From: Candidatus Moanibacter sp.
GTDB taxonomy: Bacteria > Verrucomicrobiota > Verrucomicrobiia > Opitutales > UBA2987
Reading direction: 5' to 3'
Length of the DNA stretch: 18,822 bases
NCBI GenBank assembly: GCA_965215885.1
Contig: CBDCEW010000065.1
Span: 1 to 18,822, forward strand
Position 1 is the first letter of the stretch; every line of letters begins with the position of its first letter. Positions 1 to 8,122 of the stretch are shown one piece after another. A model generated the notes under the pieces. That model had not been told where the DNA came from. It worked only from the letters and a program-made list of their open reading frames with translations, and did not search any database. The translations under genes and the position numbers were made by a program.

Positions 1-8
1 GGAGCACA

Positions 9-32
9 GTAGCCGCGTTCGCAAGAACGTGG
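9..32 (+). repeat. GTAG-type REP (GTAG + hairpin CCGCGTTC-GCAA-GAACGTGG)
   Basis: GTAG at 9-12 followed by an imperfect palindrome; the reverse complement recurs at 975-998 (exact) and 9285-9308 (1 mismatch). Confidence 0.8.
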
Positions 33-163
33 AAGTTTATCAGCAGAATCCACTTCTAAGGCTGGACCCCTTGCTACCAACATCGAACTAAGGCATTTGC
101 CATCACTCTAATCACTTACCAAGCTACGGGGAATTACGAAGTTAACTTTGAAAGGACGAAAGA

Positions 164-955
164 ATGAACCCAAATACCCATAACACCTTTGAAGAAAACC
201 TGGAGCATCTCGAGCGCGACGGATTCGTTCTCATTCCTAACGCCCTCGATTCGGAAACCGTCCGTAAATGGAGGGATTGTCTCTACCGAAAGCGTGAGGA
301 ATACGATATTTATAACAGCGTTGGAAACATGGCTTTCAACAATCTTCTGCTCAATGAACCCGAGCTATCCCGGCCCCTCGTCGGTCATCCCAGCGTCGCC
401 CCCTACCTGAAGGCGATCTTGGGCAAACAGTGCCAACTGCGCAGCCTGAGGGCCCATCTAAATCCGGGGCAATACACGCAGGAGTGGCATATGGATTTTT
501 ACGATTATTGGTACCAAGGTGAAAAGAACGGAGGTAAAAACACAATTCAGGGTCTTTGCATGAACACCACATTCTACCTCACCGATAACACGCCTGACCG
601 ATCCCGCTTCACCTTCATCAAAGAGTTCCGCCACAAACCGATTCCCGAGGAGATGAGGAAACATATGGGCTACACTGATGACCGCAGCAACCCGTTTCAG
701 GTATGGTGCGATGAGCAGCCCCATGTCGACCTGCACCCCATGAGTGGCGATGCGGTGGTGTTCTTAAGCCATGTGCCCCATCAGGGGGCTAAGACAGGGC
801 CCGATGAGGAGGAGTTGATCCGAGGCAATATTGTCCTCCACTACCAGCAGAACCCAATGTATCCCGGTATCCGTTTCGTCAGCCGTCCACATATTACCCT
901 GGAGGCCCTGGGCTACGATGCCACCTTTCCTTTTGCTGAGGACAAGAGATCTTGA
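164..955 (+). CDS. Phytanoyl-CoA dioxygenase (PhyH) family Fe(II)/2-oxoglutarate dioxygenase
   Basis: N-terminal 'LERDGFVLIPNAL', HxD motif 'WHMD', distal His in 'GDAVVFLSHVPHQG' and a downstream Arg; SD-like GAAAGGA at 150-156. Confidence 0.85.
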   Translation: MNPNTHNTFEENLEHLERDGFVLIPNALDSETVRKWRDCLYRKREEYDIYNSVGNMAFNNLLLNEPELSRPLVGHPSVAPYLKAILGKQCQLRSLRAHLNPGQYTQEWHMDFYDYWYQGEKNGGKNTIQGLCMNTTFYLTDNTPDRSRFTFIKEFRHKPIPEEMRKHMGYTDDRSNPFQVWCDEQPHVDLHPMSGDAVVFLSHVPHQGAKTGPDEEELIRGNIVLHYQQNPMYPGIRFVSRPHITLEALGYDATFPFAEDKRS

Positions 956-974
956 ATGGATTCCGGTAAAATCC

Positions 975-1051
975 CCACGTTCTTGCGAACGCGGCTACAT
1001 ATATCAACGACTTACGAAACGTTGTAGCCACCCTGCCGTACGGCAGGGTGG
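975..1051. repeat. Back-to-back GTAG REP doublet (REPIN-like) with a 25-bp spacer
   Basis: Reverse REP ending CTAC at 975-998, spacer 999-1023, then GTAG 1024-1027 and perfect hairpin CCACCCTGCCG-TA-CGGCAGGGTGG 1028-1051. Confidence 0.8.
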
Positions 1052-1132
1052 TCACGAAATTCGAAACGAAGACTTTTTCAGCAAGAGCTTGAATGAAAGT
1101 CCGACCCCGCTCGGCTCGGCCAGAAGTTAGAA

Positions 1133-2656
1133 ATGAAAGGTAGTAAGATCTCTGATCTCCGCCGCGAGGCGTCACGGCGAAAACGACGTGTTGTTTTTCA
1201 TTCCGACGGGAAACCCATGTTCCCGACGGATGATTATCTTGCCTCCGCCGTAGCCGAGACCAAGCGAAAGAAGGGAATGCTACCCTACAGCATCTTCCCC
1301 TATATCGCTATTCCGGGATCACAGATCGATGCCTGCACATACTCCTATTTCGATGATCCCTCCCTGGCAGAGGTAGCGGACTCCAGCTTAAAGGGAACCG
1401 ATAATCTGGAGGTTTTTTTGAGTTTCTGCAGGGAACATGGATATGAGTCCTTCTGGGCCACGAGGATGAACGATACCCATGACGCCGCCGATACCGAGTA
1501 CTATCGGGAAATGCTCAAGAGAAACGCGTTCAAGCAAAAACATCCGGAGCTTCTTGTGGGCACCCGAGAGCGCCAACCACCTTTTGGACGTTGGTCGGCG
1601 TTGGATTACAGCTACCCGAAAGTGAGGGAACGGGCATTTCGAACTTGGGACAGAATCTGTCGAAGCTACGATGTAGACGGTATCGTGTTGGACTTCCTCC
1701 GTCATCTCACCTTTTTTCGAAGCACCGCATGGGGAGGCGAGGCGAGTCAGAAAGAGCGGGAACAGATGACCGGACTTCTCCGACGAACCCGAAGGATGAT
1801 GGACGAAAGAGCCGCCGAGAAACAGCATGCTATTTTACTGGCAGTAAGGACGCCTGATTCACCTGGATACTGTAAAGCCCTGGGTCTGGACATCGAGGGT
1901 TGGATGGAAGAGGGACTCATTGATATATGGATAGCCACCGGCTACTTCAGGCTGCAGGAGTGGGAGAGAACTGTCGAAATCGGGCATAGATACGATGTGC
2001 CGGTGTGGGCGTCCCTCGACGAATCCCGGGTCGCCGGTAGGCTGGACGCGAATTCCGCCGAGGTATTTCGAGGGCGAGCGATGAACGCGTTGACCGCTGG
2101 GATTGACGCCATCTATCTGTTCAACTTCTGGTATATGCCGCCGGAGGATCAGCACTGGCTACTGCGTCAGGTTGGTGACCCGGGAATACTCGAGAGCCTG
2201 GATACGGTCTACTACCCCGACACCAGGGGCTTCGACAGCATGTCGGCAGGTGCCTGGCTCAAAGAGGGAGAACGCTACTTCACCCGGCCGAGAGTTTTTT
2301 CACCGGATCGGCCATTTCACCTCAAGCCGGGAGAACCTCTAAACGTCGCTCTCAGAATTGGGCACGATCTTAGTCGGCAACAATCCCCAGCTATGATTCC
2401 ATCTGTCACACTCCGCATCCGACGGGAAGGAGTTGTTGATGTCCATGATCTTTCCATAGAGCTCAACGGCAGGCGGCTCGGCAGCTGCCGGCGGAAAAAT
2501 ACCTGGCTTCACTACCCGGTGAACACCGAAATCGTCTCGACGGGAGTAAATCAGATTGTGGTTCTCCTCGATAAAAAAAGCCGAACAAAACCCCTCCTGC
2601 ACGATATTGCCCTATCGATTCGGTATCCGCGACATTCCGGAGAGTTTTGCAAATAG
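1133..2656 (+). CDS. Glycoside hydrolase-like 10 (GHL10) TIM-barrel protein with C-terminal beta domain
   Basis: 507-aa ORF with motifs 'RMNDTHD', 'FKQKHPELL', 'ALDYSYPKVRE', 'YDVDGIVLDFLRH', 'GLDIEGWMEEGLID', 'GIDAIYLFNF' typical of uncharacterised GHL10-type proteins; beta-rich tail ending 'GVNQIVV'. Confidence 0.7.
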   Translation: MKGSKISDLRREASRRKRRVVFHSDGKPMFPTDDYLASAVAETKRKKGMLPYSIFPYIAIPGSQIDACTYSYFDDPSLAEVADSSLKGTDNLEVFLSFCREHGYESFWATRMNDTHDAADTEYYREMLKRNAFKQKHPELLVGTRERQPPFGRWSALDYSYPKVRERAFRTWDRICRSYDVDGIVLDFLRHLTFFRSTAWGGEASQKEREQMTGLLRRTRRMMDERAAEKQHAILLAVRTPDSPGYCKALGLDIEGWMEEGLIDIWIATGYFRLQEWERTVEIGHRYDVPVWASLDESRVAGRLDANSAEVFRGRAMNALTAGIDAIYLFNFWYMPPEDQHWLLRQVGDPGILESLDTVYYPDTRGFDSMSAGAWLKEGERYFTRPRVFSPDRPFHLKPGEPLNVALRIGHDLSRQQSPAMIPSVTLRIRREGVVDVHDLSIELNGRRLGSCRRKNTWLHYPVNTEIVSTGVNQIVVLLDKKSRTKPLLHDIALSIRYPRHSGEFCK

Positions 2657-2709
2657 GTTTTGAGATGTCGCGCGGATTCGAGGAAACCCCAGCTTCAACC
2701 GCTTTTGGC

Positions 2710-3105
2710 CATCGCTATCGTAATCGTGCTCGGAAGGCTCATGGATCACGACGGAAAGGTCGAACAAACTCCCTTCTCCCCATCGTAATCACTTCCTTCG
2801 ATTCTAGATCACGATTATGATCACGACGGGAAGATCTAACAGCTTCCCCTCTCCCCATCGTGACTCTCAATCGTGCTCTCCAGTCGATCTTCTCTTTAGA
2901 TCACGATTAAGATTGGGAAGGAACTCTTCGTCGTAATCTTAATCGTAATCTATGGTCGATCTTCTCTTCTTTCGATTTTAGATCACGATTATGATCCACG
3001 ACGGGAAGATCGAGAAGCTTCCCCTCTCCCATCGTGACTCCCAATCGTGATCTCCAGTCGATCTTTTCTTCTTATGACGACGATTACGAGAACGACTACG
3101 ATTCT
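2710..3105. repeat. Cluster of hairpin-forming GATCACGATT-type repeats (BIME-like)
   Basis: Two near-identical 95-bp units at 2797-2891 and 2971-3065 plus partial units near 2744-2790 and 2898-2950; each unit has internal inverted arms (GATCACGA...TCGTGA). Confidence 0.8.
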
Positions 3106-3126
3106 TATTTCTCTATTCCCGCCAAC

Positions 3127-3318
3127 ATGACAATCACCGATATTAGCGCCGACCGGGTGGACATGACGCCCGCTCCACCCAAATCGCCGCCGCGGCGGCC
3201 CTCATGGGTTGAGGAGGCCGAGGTGGCCAACCCGATGTCGCGCTCCCCCAAATTCATCTCTTCTGCATACAGCCAATGGAATGAATCCCCGATGGCCACG
3301 AATCGCTCCCGATCTTGA
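3127..3318 (+). pseudogene. N-terminal remnant of an enolase-superfamily (L-rhamnonate dehydratase-like) gene
   Basis: ATG 3127 gives MTITDISADRVDMTPAPPKSPPRRPSWVEEAEVANPMSRSPKF; 'W..xAEVANPMSR.P' resembles the N-terminus of rhamnonate-dehydratase-like proteins; similarity appears to stop near 3255 and the frame closes at 3318. Confidence 0.55.
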
Positions 3319-3460
3319 CTCGAGATCCGGCTTTTCCTACTTTCTCTTTCATGCAATCGCTTCTTTATACTGTTCTCAACCGGCGAGTGCACTTACTGTC
3401 CAAAGCGATTTCTTATCAGTGCGGTGTTGCCGTGGATCTTCATGAGATGAAGGAGTGATC

Positions 3461-4242
3461 ATGGCCAATCCCTATTCACTGGAGGGGAAGAAGGCGTTTG
3501 TCACCGGCGGCAAGCGAAACATAGGTCGCGGCATCGCCCTGGCCCTCGCCGAAGCAGGGGCCGACGTAGGCATCAACGACCTGGAAGCCGATGCGGACGC
3601 CGAAGAAACCCTGCGCCTGGTGCGCCGGATGGGCAGGGAAGCGAGTTTTTCCTGGCCGATATTTCCGATGCGGCCCGCGTTGAGGCCATGTTCGCCGCGT
3701 TCCTCGAACGTTTCGGACGTATCGACATTCTGGTAAACAACCCTTACGGAGGCGGCAGCGAGCCCTTCCTGGAAATCACCGAAAAAAACTGGGACCTGAA
3801 TCTGGATGTAGGCCTGAAGGGTTTCGTCTTCTGCAGCCAGCAGGCGGCGCGGGCGATGGTCGCACAGGGGGACGGGGGCAGCATTGTCAGCATTTCGTCG
3901 GTACACGGAGAACGGGCCTGGAAAGACGATACCTGCTACGGTGCGGCCAAGGCAGGAATCCTGCGAATGACCCGCAGCATGGCCCTCGAACTGGGCGAAT
4001 ACGGCATTCGGTCCTGTGCCATACTTCCCGGCCACATGAACACCGAGCACGTCTTCAACGCGCCGGCTCCGCAGGTGGGCAGCATCGAAGAGCAGATCCG
4101 CGACGCAGTGCCGTTGCAGCGACGGGGCACTCCCGAGGACATCGGACGGGCGGTGGCCTTTTTCTGTTCGCCAGCGGCGGCCTGCATCACCGGCGTCTCC
4201 CTGCCCGTGGATGGCGGCCTCCTGACCGTGGCTCCAGATTGA
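3461..4242 (+). pseudogene. Short-chain dehydrogenase/reductase (FabG-like), split by a 1-nt frameshift
   Basis: SD AAGGAG 3450-3455, ATG 3461, 'VTGGKRNIGRGIA' Rossmann motif in one frame; 'ILVNN', 'SISS', YxxxK 'YGAAK' and 'ITGVSLPVDGG' in the next frame. One extra T in the T5 run at 3646-3650 restores 'ASFFLADISDAARVEAMF'. Confidence 0.85.
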
Positions 4243-4314
4243 TTATTCGTTATTCGGCGAAATACGAACAATCGAGAACTGATTACGAACGTCGACGTGA
4301 ATCGATGCGCAGAT

Positions 4315-4381
4315 CGAAAAGCTTCCGCTTTCCGCTACCACCTCTTCGATTCGGAACGTAGCGGAAAGCGGAAGCTTTTCG
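4315..4381. repeat. Second GTAG REP family doublet (24-bp perfect inverted repeat, 19-bp spacer)
   Basis: CGAAAAGCTTCCGCTTTCCGCTAC 4315-4338 is the exact reverse complement of GTAGCGGAAAGCGGAAGCTTTTCG 4358-4381. Confidence 0.8.
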
Positions 4382-4480
4382 TCCTGCAACTGCGGGAGCA
4401 ACTTGAGGTGGCGAATGGGGGTCAGGCTTGAATGGCGCTAAGATAAGCCAAAAATAATTGTAAAAAATATGTAAAAAAGC

Positions 4481-4509
4481 TTGTACTATGACCGTTAGTA
4501 GGCTAATCT
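4481..4509 (+). promoter_or_regulatory. Putative sigma70 promoter of the transposase (possibly leaderless transcript)
   Basis: TTGTAC 4481-4486, 17-bp spacer, TAATCT 4504-4509; ATG 6 nt later with no SD sequence. Confidence 0.45.
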
Positions 4510-4515
4510 TGTTGT

Positions 4516-5979
4516 ATGAAAAATATGACAAGATTCCTGCCTGGGTTTAATCACATTCTATGCGGTCGCCCGCCTAAGTCGGCCCTGGCACAATTAAAGC
4601 AAAAACTGGCTCATCTAAGAGAGTCAACTCTATCGGAGTTGTCGGATCTGTTTGATCGGTGGATTCCTCTGGGAGTTTTGCAACCCAAGAGCGAAAAAGA
4701 AAACAGCCGGGAACGAGTCTACTCACTCAGAACGACCTTCTGGGGCTTTCTGTTCCAGGTGCTCTCCCCGCAGACAGCCTGCCGGGAGGTCGTCAGAAAG
4801 GTGCAGAGCTACTGTAGTGAGCGGGAGTTGAACCTGCCCAGTTCCTCCACCTCGGCCTATTGCCAGGCACGTCAGCGCATAGGTATAGAGGACTTACAAA
4901 AGATCGGTGAAGAGGTCAGCGAGCAGATACACAAGGAGGTAAGGCAAGCGCAGCGGTGGAAGGGGCACGAGGTCAGAGTGATAGACGGTACTGGGATCAG
5001 TATGCCCGATACCGAGCAGAACCAGAGGGCCTTTCCCCAACCCGGGGGGCAGAAAGAGGGGTGCGGATTTCCCGTCATGCTTCTGGTGGGCTGTTTCTGT
5101 TTGGCCAGCGGGGCCTTGCTGCACTGTGTCGAGACCACCTTAAAAAACCATGAAAGCGGCATTTTGCGCAAATTCGTTGGGTATTTGAAAAAAGCAGAGG
5201 TGGTTCTGTGCGACCGCGGTTATTGCTCTTATGCCAATCTGGGGCTGCTTCTAAACCATCAAATGGACGCGGTCATGCGCCTGCACCAAAGGCGCAAATG
5301 CGACTTCCGTAGCGGCCAAACACTGGGCCGATACGATCGGCTGGTGACCTGGAAAAAACCGCAGAGACAGCACGGGTTCAGCCCGGAAGAATGGGCTCAA
5401 TTACCGGCCGAACTGACTCTGCGAATGGTGCGTTTCTTCGTTCAGATCAAAGGATTCCGTACCCGAAAGATCGATCTTGTGACCACCTTTACCGACCCCC
5501 TCCAATACACCGTAGAGGATCTGGCCGATCTCTACTTCCGCCGCTGGTCAGTGGAACTGTTTTTTCGCGACATTAAAACGACTATGAAGCTGGAAACGGT
5601 ACGCTGCCTTACTCCCGAAATGGTGCGTAAGGAAATCCAGCTGTTCTTTATCGCCTATAATCTCATCCGCGCCCTCATGCAACACCCCGCCACCCTCTAT
5701 CAGCGTGACCTGCATCGGCTCAGCTTCAAGAGCACGGTCGACACCGTTCGGCAGTACTGCACCGCTCTGAACGCCACCCGCAAGCAACCTCGAAAGCAAC
5801 AACGCATCATTGACGAGATGGTTCTGATTATTGCCGAGGAGACTGTTCCACTACGAGAACACCGCAGCGAACCACGAGCGGTCAAACGAAGACCGAAACC
5901 TTACCAATTACTAACGAAGCCGCGAGGGAAAATGAAAGTCTCGCGCTCGCGCAGAAACAAAGGCAAAAATCGTCGTTAA
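4516..5979 (+). CDS. IS4-family DDE transposase
   Basis: 'SAYCQARQRI', D1 'VIDGTG', D2 'CDRGYCSY', YREK motif 'YFRRWSVELFFRDIK', basic C-terminus 'RSEPRAVKRRPKPY'. Confidence 0.95.
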   Translation: MKNMTRFLPGFNHILCGRPPKSALAQLKQKLAHLRESTLSELSDLFDRWIPLGVLQPKSEKENSRERVYSLRTTFWGFLFQVLSPQTACREVVRKVQSYCSERELNLPSSSTSAYCQARQRIGIEDLQKIGEEVSEQIHKEVRQAQRWKGHEVRVIDGTGISMPDTEQNQRAFPQPGGQKEGCGFPVMLLVGCFCLASGALLHCVETTLKNHESGILRKFVGYLKKAEVVLCDRGYCSYANLGLLLNHQMDAVMRLHQRRKCDFRSGQTLGRYDRLVTWKKPQRQHGFSPEEWAQLPAELTLRMVRFFVQIKGFRTRKIDLVTTFTDPLQYTVEDLADLYFRRWSVELFFRDIKTTMKLETVRCLTPEMVRKEIQLFFIAYNLIRALMQHPATLYQRDLHRLSFKSTVDTVRQYCTALNATRKQPRKQQRIIDEMVLIIAEETVPLREHRSEPRAVKRRPKPYQLLTKPRGKMKVSRSRRNKGKNRR

Positions 5980-6243
5980 TCGGGCTTATCTTAGCGCCAT
6001 TCGGGTCAGGCTTTTTATTGTAGGGTCCTTTCGAGCACCTTCAGGGAATGATCGACGGACACAACCGCGAGATTCACCCGCAGCTGATGTCTTGGCAAAT
6101 TGACCCGAAGGTCGGTCGGGAGAAGACCGGTGCGTAAATTGGACAGGAATCATCGGGTTTCGCTTCGACAAGCACGCAGACTGCCTCCGTCAGAGACATT
6201 CCACAGAATCGAAACGTCGGTTCATGCGAATGTTTCAAAATAC

Positions 6244-6340
6244 GTAAAGATCCTCGGGGCAAGCCCCGAGGCATTTGATATTAGACTTTATGAATTAGAA
6301 ACGAAGCAAGCTTCGGGGAATTAAACCCGAAGCGATTAAA
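6244..6340 (-). mobile_element. PATE-like non-autonomous IS200/IS605-type mini element (paired hairpins, no transposase)
   Basis: Perfect hairpin CCTCGGGGC-AA-GCCCCGAGG 6252-6271 and overlapping hairpins CGAAGC-AA-GCTTCG 6302-6315 and GCTTCGGG...CCCGAAGC 6310-6333, separated by an AT-rich stretch; the minus strand ends in TTAC just after the hairpin. Confidence 0.45.
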
Positions 6341-6365
6341 TACTAAGCCTGACCCCTTCGCCTCA

Positions 6366-6517
6366 CCCGTCAGGGAACCTTCGTCGTCAACTTTGTCGCG
6401 AGTTTGTCGACGTCTTCGGTCGATTCTCCGATCAAGTTTACGACGAAGCTTACGATTAAGTTTGGAGGAAGCATCTTCCACCCGTCAGGGAACCTTCGTC
6501 GTCAATCCCGCTGAGCG
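6366..6517. repeat. Left arm of a long palindromic repeat interrupted by the second IS
   Basis: CCCGTCAGGGAACCTTCGTCGTCAA occurs twice (6366-6390, 6481-6505); 6441-6517 is largely the inverted counterpart of 8123-8198. Confidence 0.75.
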
Positions 6518-6531
6518 CATACGCGTAAACC

Positions 6532-6732
6532 TTATTTTCGCAACTTAGTCAGATTCAAAGACTTGCGAGGTATTTTGCGGCGGAGTATGAGGGTGTCTCT
6601 ATCCTCGAGGTTCCACTCCATTTGTTCGCCCTTTTCTATTTGCTTCGTTTCGACCACAGCGGTGAGGAAATTCGCAGTTGAGCGAGTGCATTTTGGCCGG
6701 GTTATCTTCTCTACTTTTACCGTCTACCCCAT
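6532..6732 (-). pseudogene. Degenerate small AbrB/MazE-like accessory gene inside the IS, divergent from the transposase
   Basis: Reads MG*TVKVEKITRPKCTRSTANFLTAVVETKQIEKGEQMEWNLEDRDTLILRRKIPRKSLNLTKLRK*; the '...IEKGE.xEW.xED.xTLILRR' pattern fits a swapped-hairpin domain; TAG at codon 3; the stop lies at the left TIR. Confidence 0.55.
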
Positions 6733-6794
6733 TTTTTTCACTTTGGCAGCATTTTATACTGTACATTCGTTCATATATAGGATTTATCCTTCGG

Positions 6795-8114
6795 ATGCAA
6801 AGTATAAAAAAAGCTGATTGTATCCGTCAAACCTTCCGTAAGTTGAACCTCACAGCCCTCGCTAAACAGAGTGGTTTTAGAGAGAGGAAATCGCGCAAGA
6901 TCTCCCCTCTGAACTTTGTTTTGGCTTTGCTGGCGATGGCTTCTAAGGGGGCCTTGTCCCTTGGCAAAGAAGCCGAGCTTATTGGATTCTTAGCCAACCG
7001 CACCATTTCCAGACAAGCGGTCCAAAAGTGCGCCAAAAAAGCCACCGCTTTTATGACCTTAGTGCTCCTGAGGCTTTTAGAACTTAAAGCTTATGGGCCT
7101 GTGGGCAGAGCTGTTCCAAATTGCATGAGGAGCTTTGAACGGGTTCTCATTGCCGACAGCACTTCGATTGGCTTGCCTAAGGTCCTGGCCCCCTTCTTCC
7201 CCGGAGCGTCCAATCAGACAGGCTCCAAACAGGCTCAACTGAAGATTCAGGCCTATTACGATCTGCGCAATGAATCCTTCGTTGACTTCAGCCTCAGTAG
7301 CTTCCGAAAAAACGATCAGGCTGCTTCCAAAGACATTCTCGCTCTCGCTCAACCCAACGACTTGATCCTGCGCGACTTAGGCTATTTTGTCCTCGATGTC
7401 TTTAAGCAACTCGATCAGCGCGGCTGCTTCTTTGTGAGTCGTTTGAAAACCGGCACTTGCCTTTTAGCCAACGAAGGCGATGAAGAGCTCGATCTACGCA
7501 AACTTTTACGTGGCCAAAAGCTTCTCGATATGCCCGTTCGGGTGGGTAAAAAAGCCAAGCTTCCGGTTCGTCTGATCGCCGTCAAACTCCCTCAGAAGGT
7601 GGCCCATAAACGCCGCCGCGAGCATAGACAAAACCGCGACAATAGACTTCGATATACCAGCCGCACCAGCTTCCTTCTCGGTTTCCAAATCTTTATTACA
7701 AACCTCCATCAGAAAGACTTTAGCCCTAAGCAGATTCTGAGCTTTTACGGGCTTCGCTGGCGCATCGAAATTTTCTTTAAGGCCTTTAAGCAACATCTTA
7801 ATCTCGGTCAGGTCAAAGAGACTACTCCCTACCAGGTTGAGCTTCTTATCTACGCCCGTCTCATCCTCATTACCCACTTACTCAACTTCGTCTATGGTCC
7901 CCTTAGACACTATTCGAATACCAGTTTGTCCTCTCCTCTGAGTATCCTTAAATTCTCCTACTGGTTTGGCTTCTTTGCTCCCTACTTCTTCATCCTCTCT
8001 CACATTCCCAAAGATCAGATCATCCCCCGATGGCTCAAACAAATCCCCAAACACTGCACCTATGAAAAGCGTTCTCGACTTGATTTCCTCTCTTGTTTCT
8101 TCTCCTTAGGTTAA
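6795..8114 (+). CDS. IS4-family DDE transposase (second, unrelated subgroup)
   Basis: 'LAKQSGFRERKSRKI', D1 'IADSTSI', D2 'LRDLGYF', YREK motif 'YGLRWRIEIFFKAFK'; the stop falls in the right TIR. ATG 6795 preferred over the TTG at 6678. Confidence 0.92.
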   Translation: MQSIKKADCIRQTFRKLNLTALAKQSGFRERKSRKISPLNFVLALLAMASKGALSLGKEAELIGFLANRTISRQAVQKCAKKATAFMTLVLLRLLELKAYGPVGRAVPNCMRSFERVLIADSTSIGLPKVLAPFFPGASNQTGSKQAQLKIQAYYDLRNESFVDFSLSSFRKNDQAASKDILALAQPNDLILRDLGYFVLDVFKQLDQRGCFFVSRLKTGTCLLANEGDEELDLRKLLRGQKLLDMPVRVGKKAKLPVRLIAVKLPQKVAHKRRREHRQNRDNRLRYTSRTSFLLGFQIFITNLHQKDFSPKQILSFYGLRWRIEIFFKAFKQHLNLGQVKETTPYQVELLIYARLILITHLLNFVYGPLRHYSNTSLSSPLSILKFSYWFGFFAPYFFILSHIPKDQIIPRWLKQIPKHCTYEKRSRLDFLSCFFSLG

Positions 8115-8122
8115 CGCAAATG

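Larger units (their letters stand above)
4430..6002 (+). mobile_element. Complete IS4-family insertion sequence (1573 bp), 20-bp perfect TIRs, 11-bp target duplication
   Basis: TIR GAATGGCGCTAAGATAAGCC 4430-4449 and its reverse complement 5983-6002; direct repeat GGGTCAGGCTT at 4419-4429 and 6003-6013. Confidence 0.93.
6518..8122 (+). mobile_element. Second IS4-family insertion sequence (about 1605 bp) with imperfect CAT...ATG TIRs
   Basis: Left end CATACGCGTAAACCT, right end reverse complement CATTTGCGTTAACCT; flanks CGCTGAGCG (6509-6517) and CGCTCAGCG (8123-8131), a 9-bp duplication with one central mismatch. Exact ends are inferred because the flanks are themselves palindromic. Confidence 0.75.

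Noticed and set aside
2710..3105. CRISPR array
   Set aside because: Repeats are long, degenerate and irregular, the intervening sequences are themselves repeated rather than unique spacers, and no cas genes are present.
3105..3392. 95-aa minus-strand ORF
   Set aside because: No motif or SD; better explained as antisense to the dehydratase-like remnant.
6678..6794. TTG-started extension of the second transposase
   Set aside because: Overlaps the divergent remnant gene and an AT-rich promoter-like region; transposase-like sequence begins after ATG 6795.
4430..8122. Composite transposon formed by the two IS4 elements
   Set aside because: Different TIRs and transposases, and each has its own flanking duplication, so they are independent insertions.
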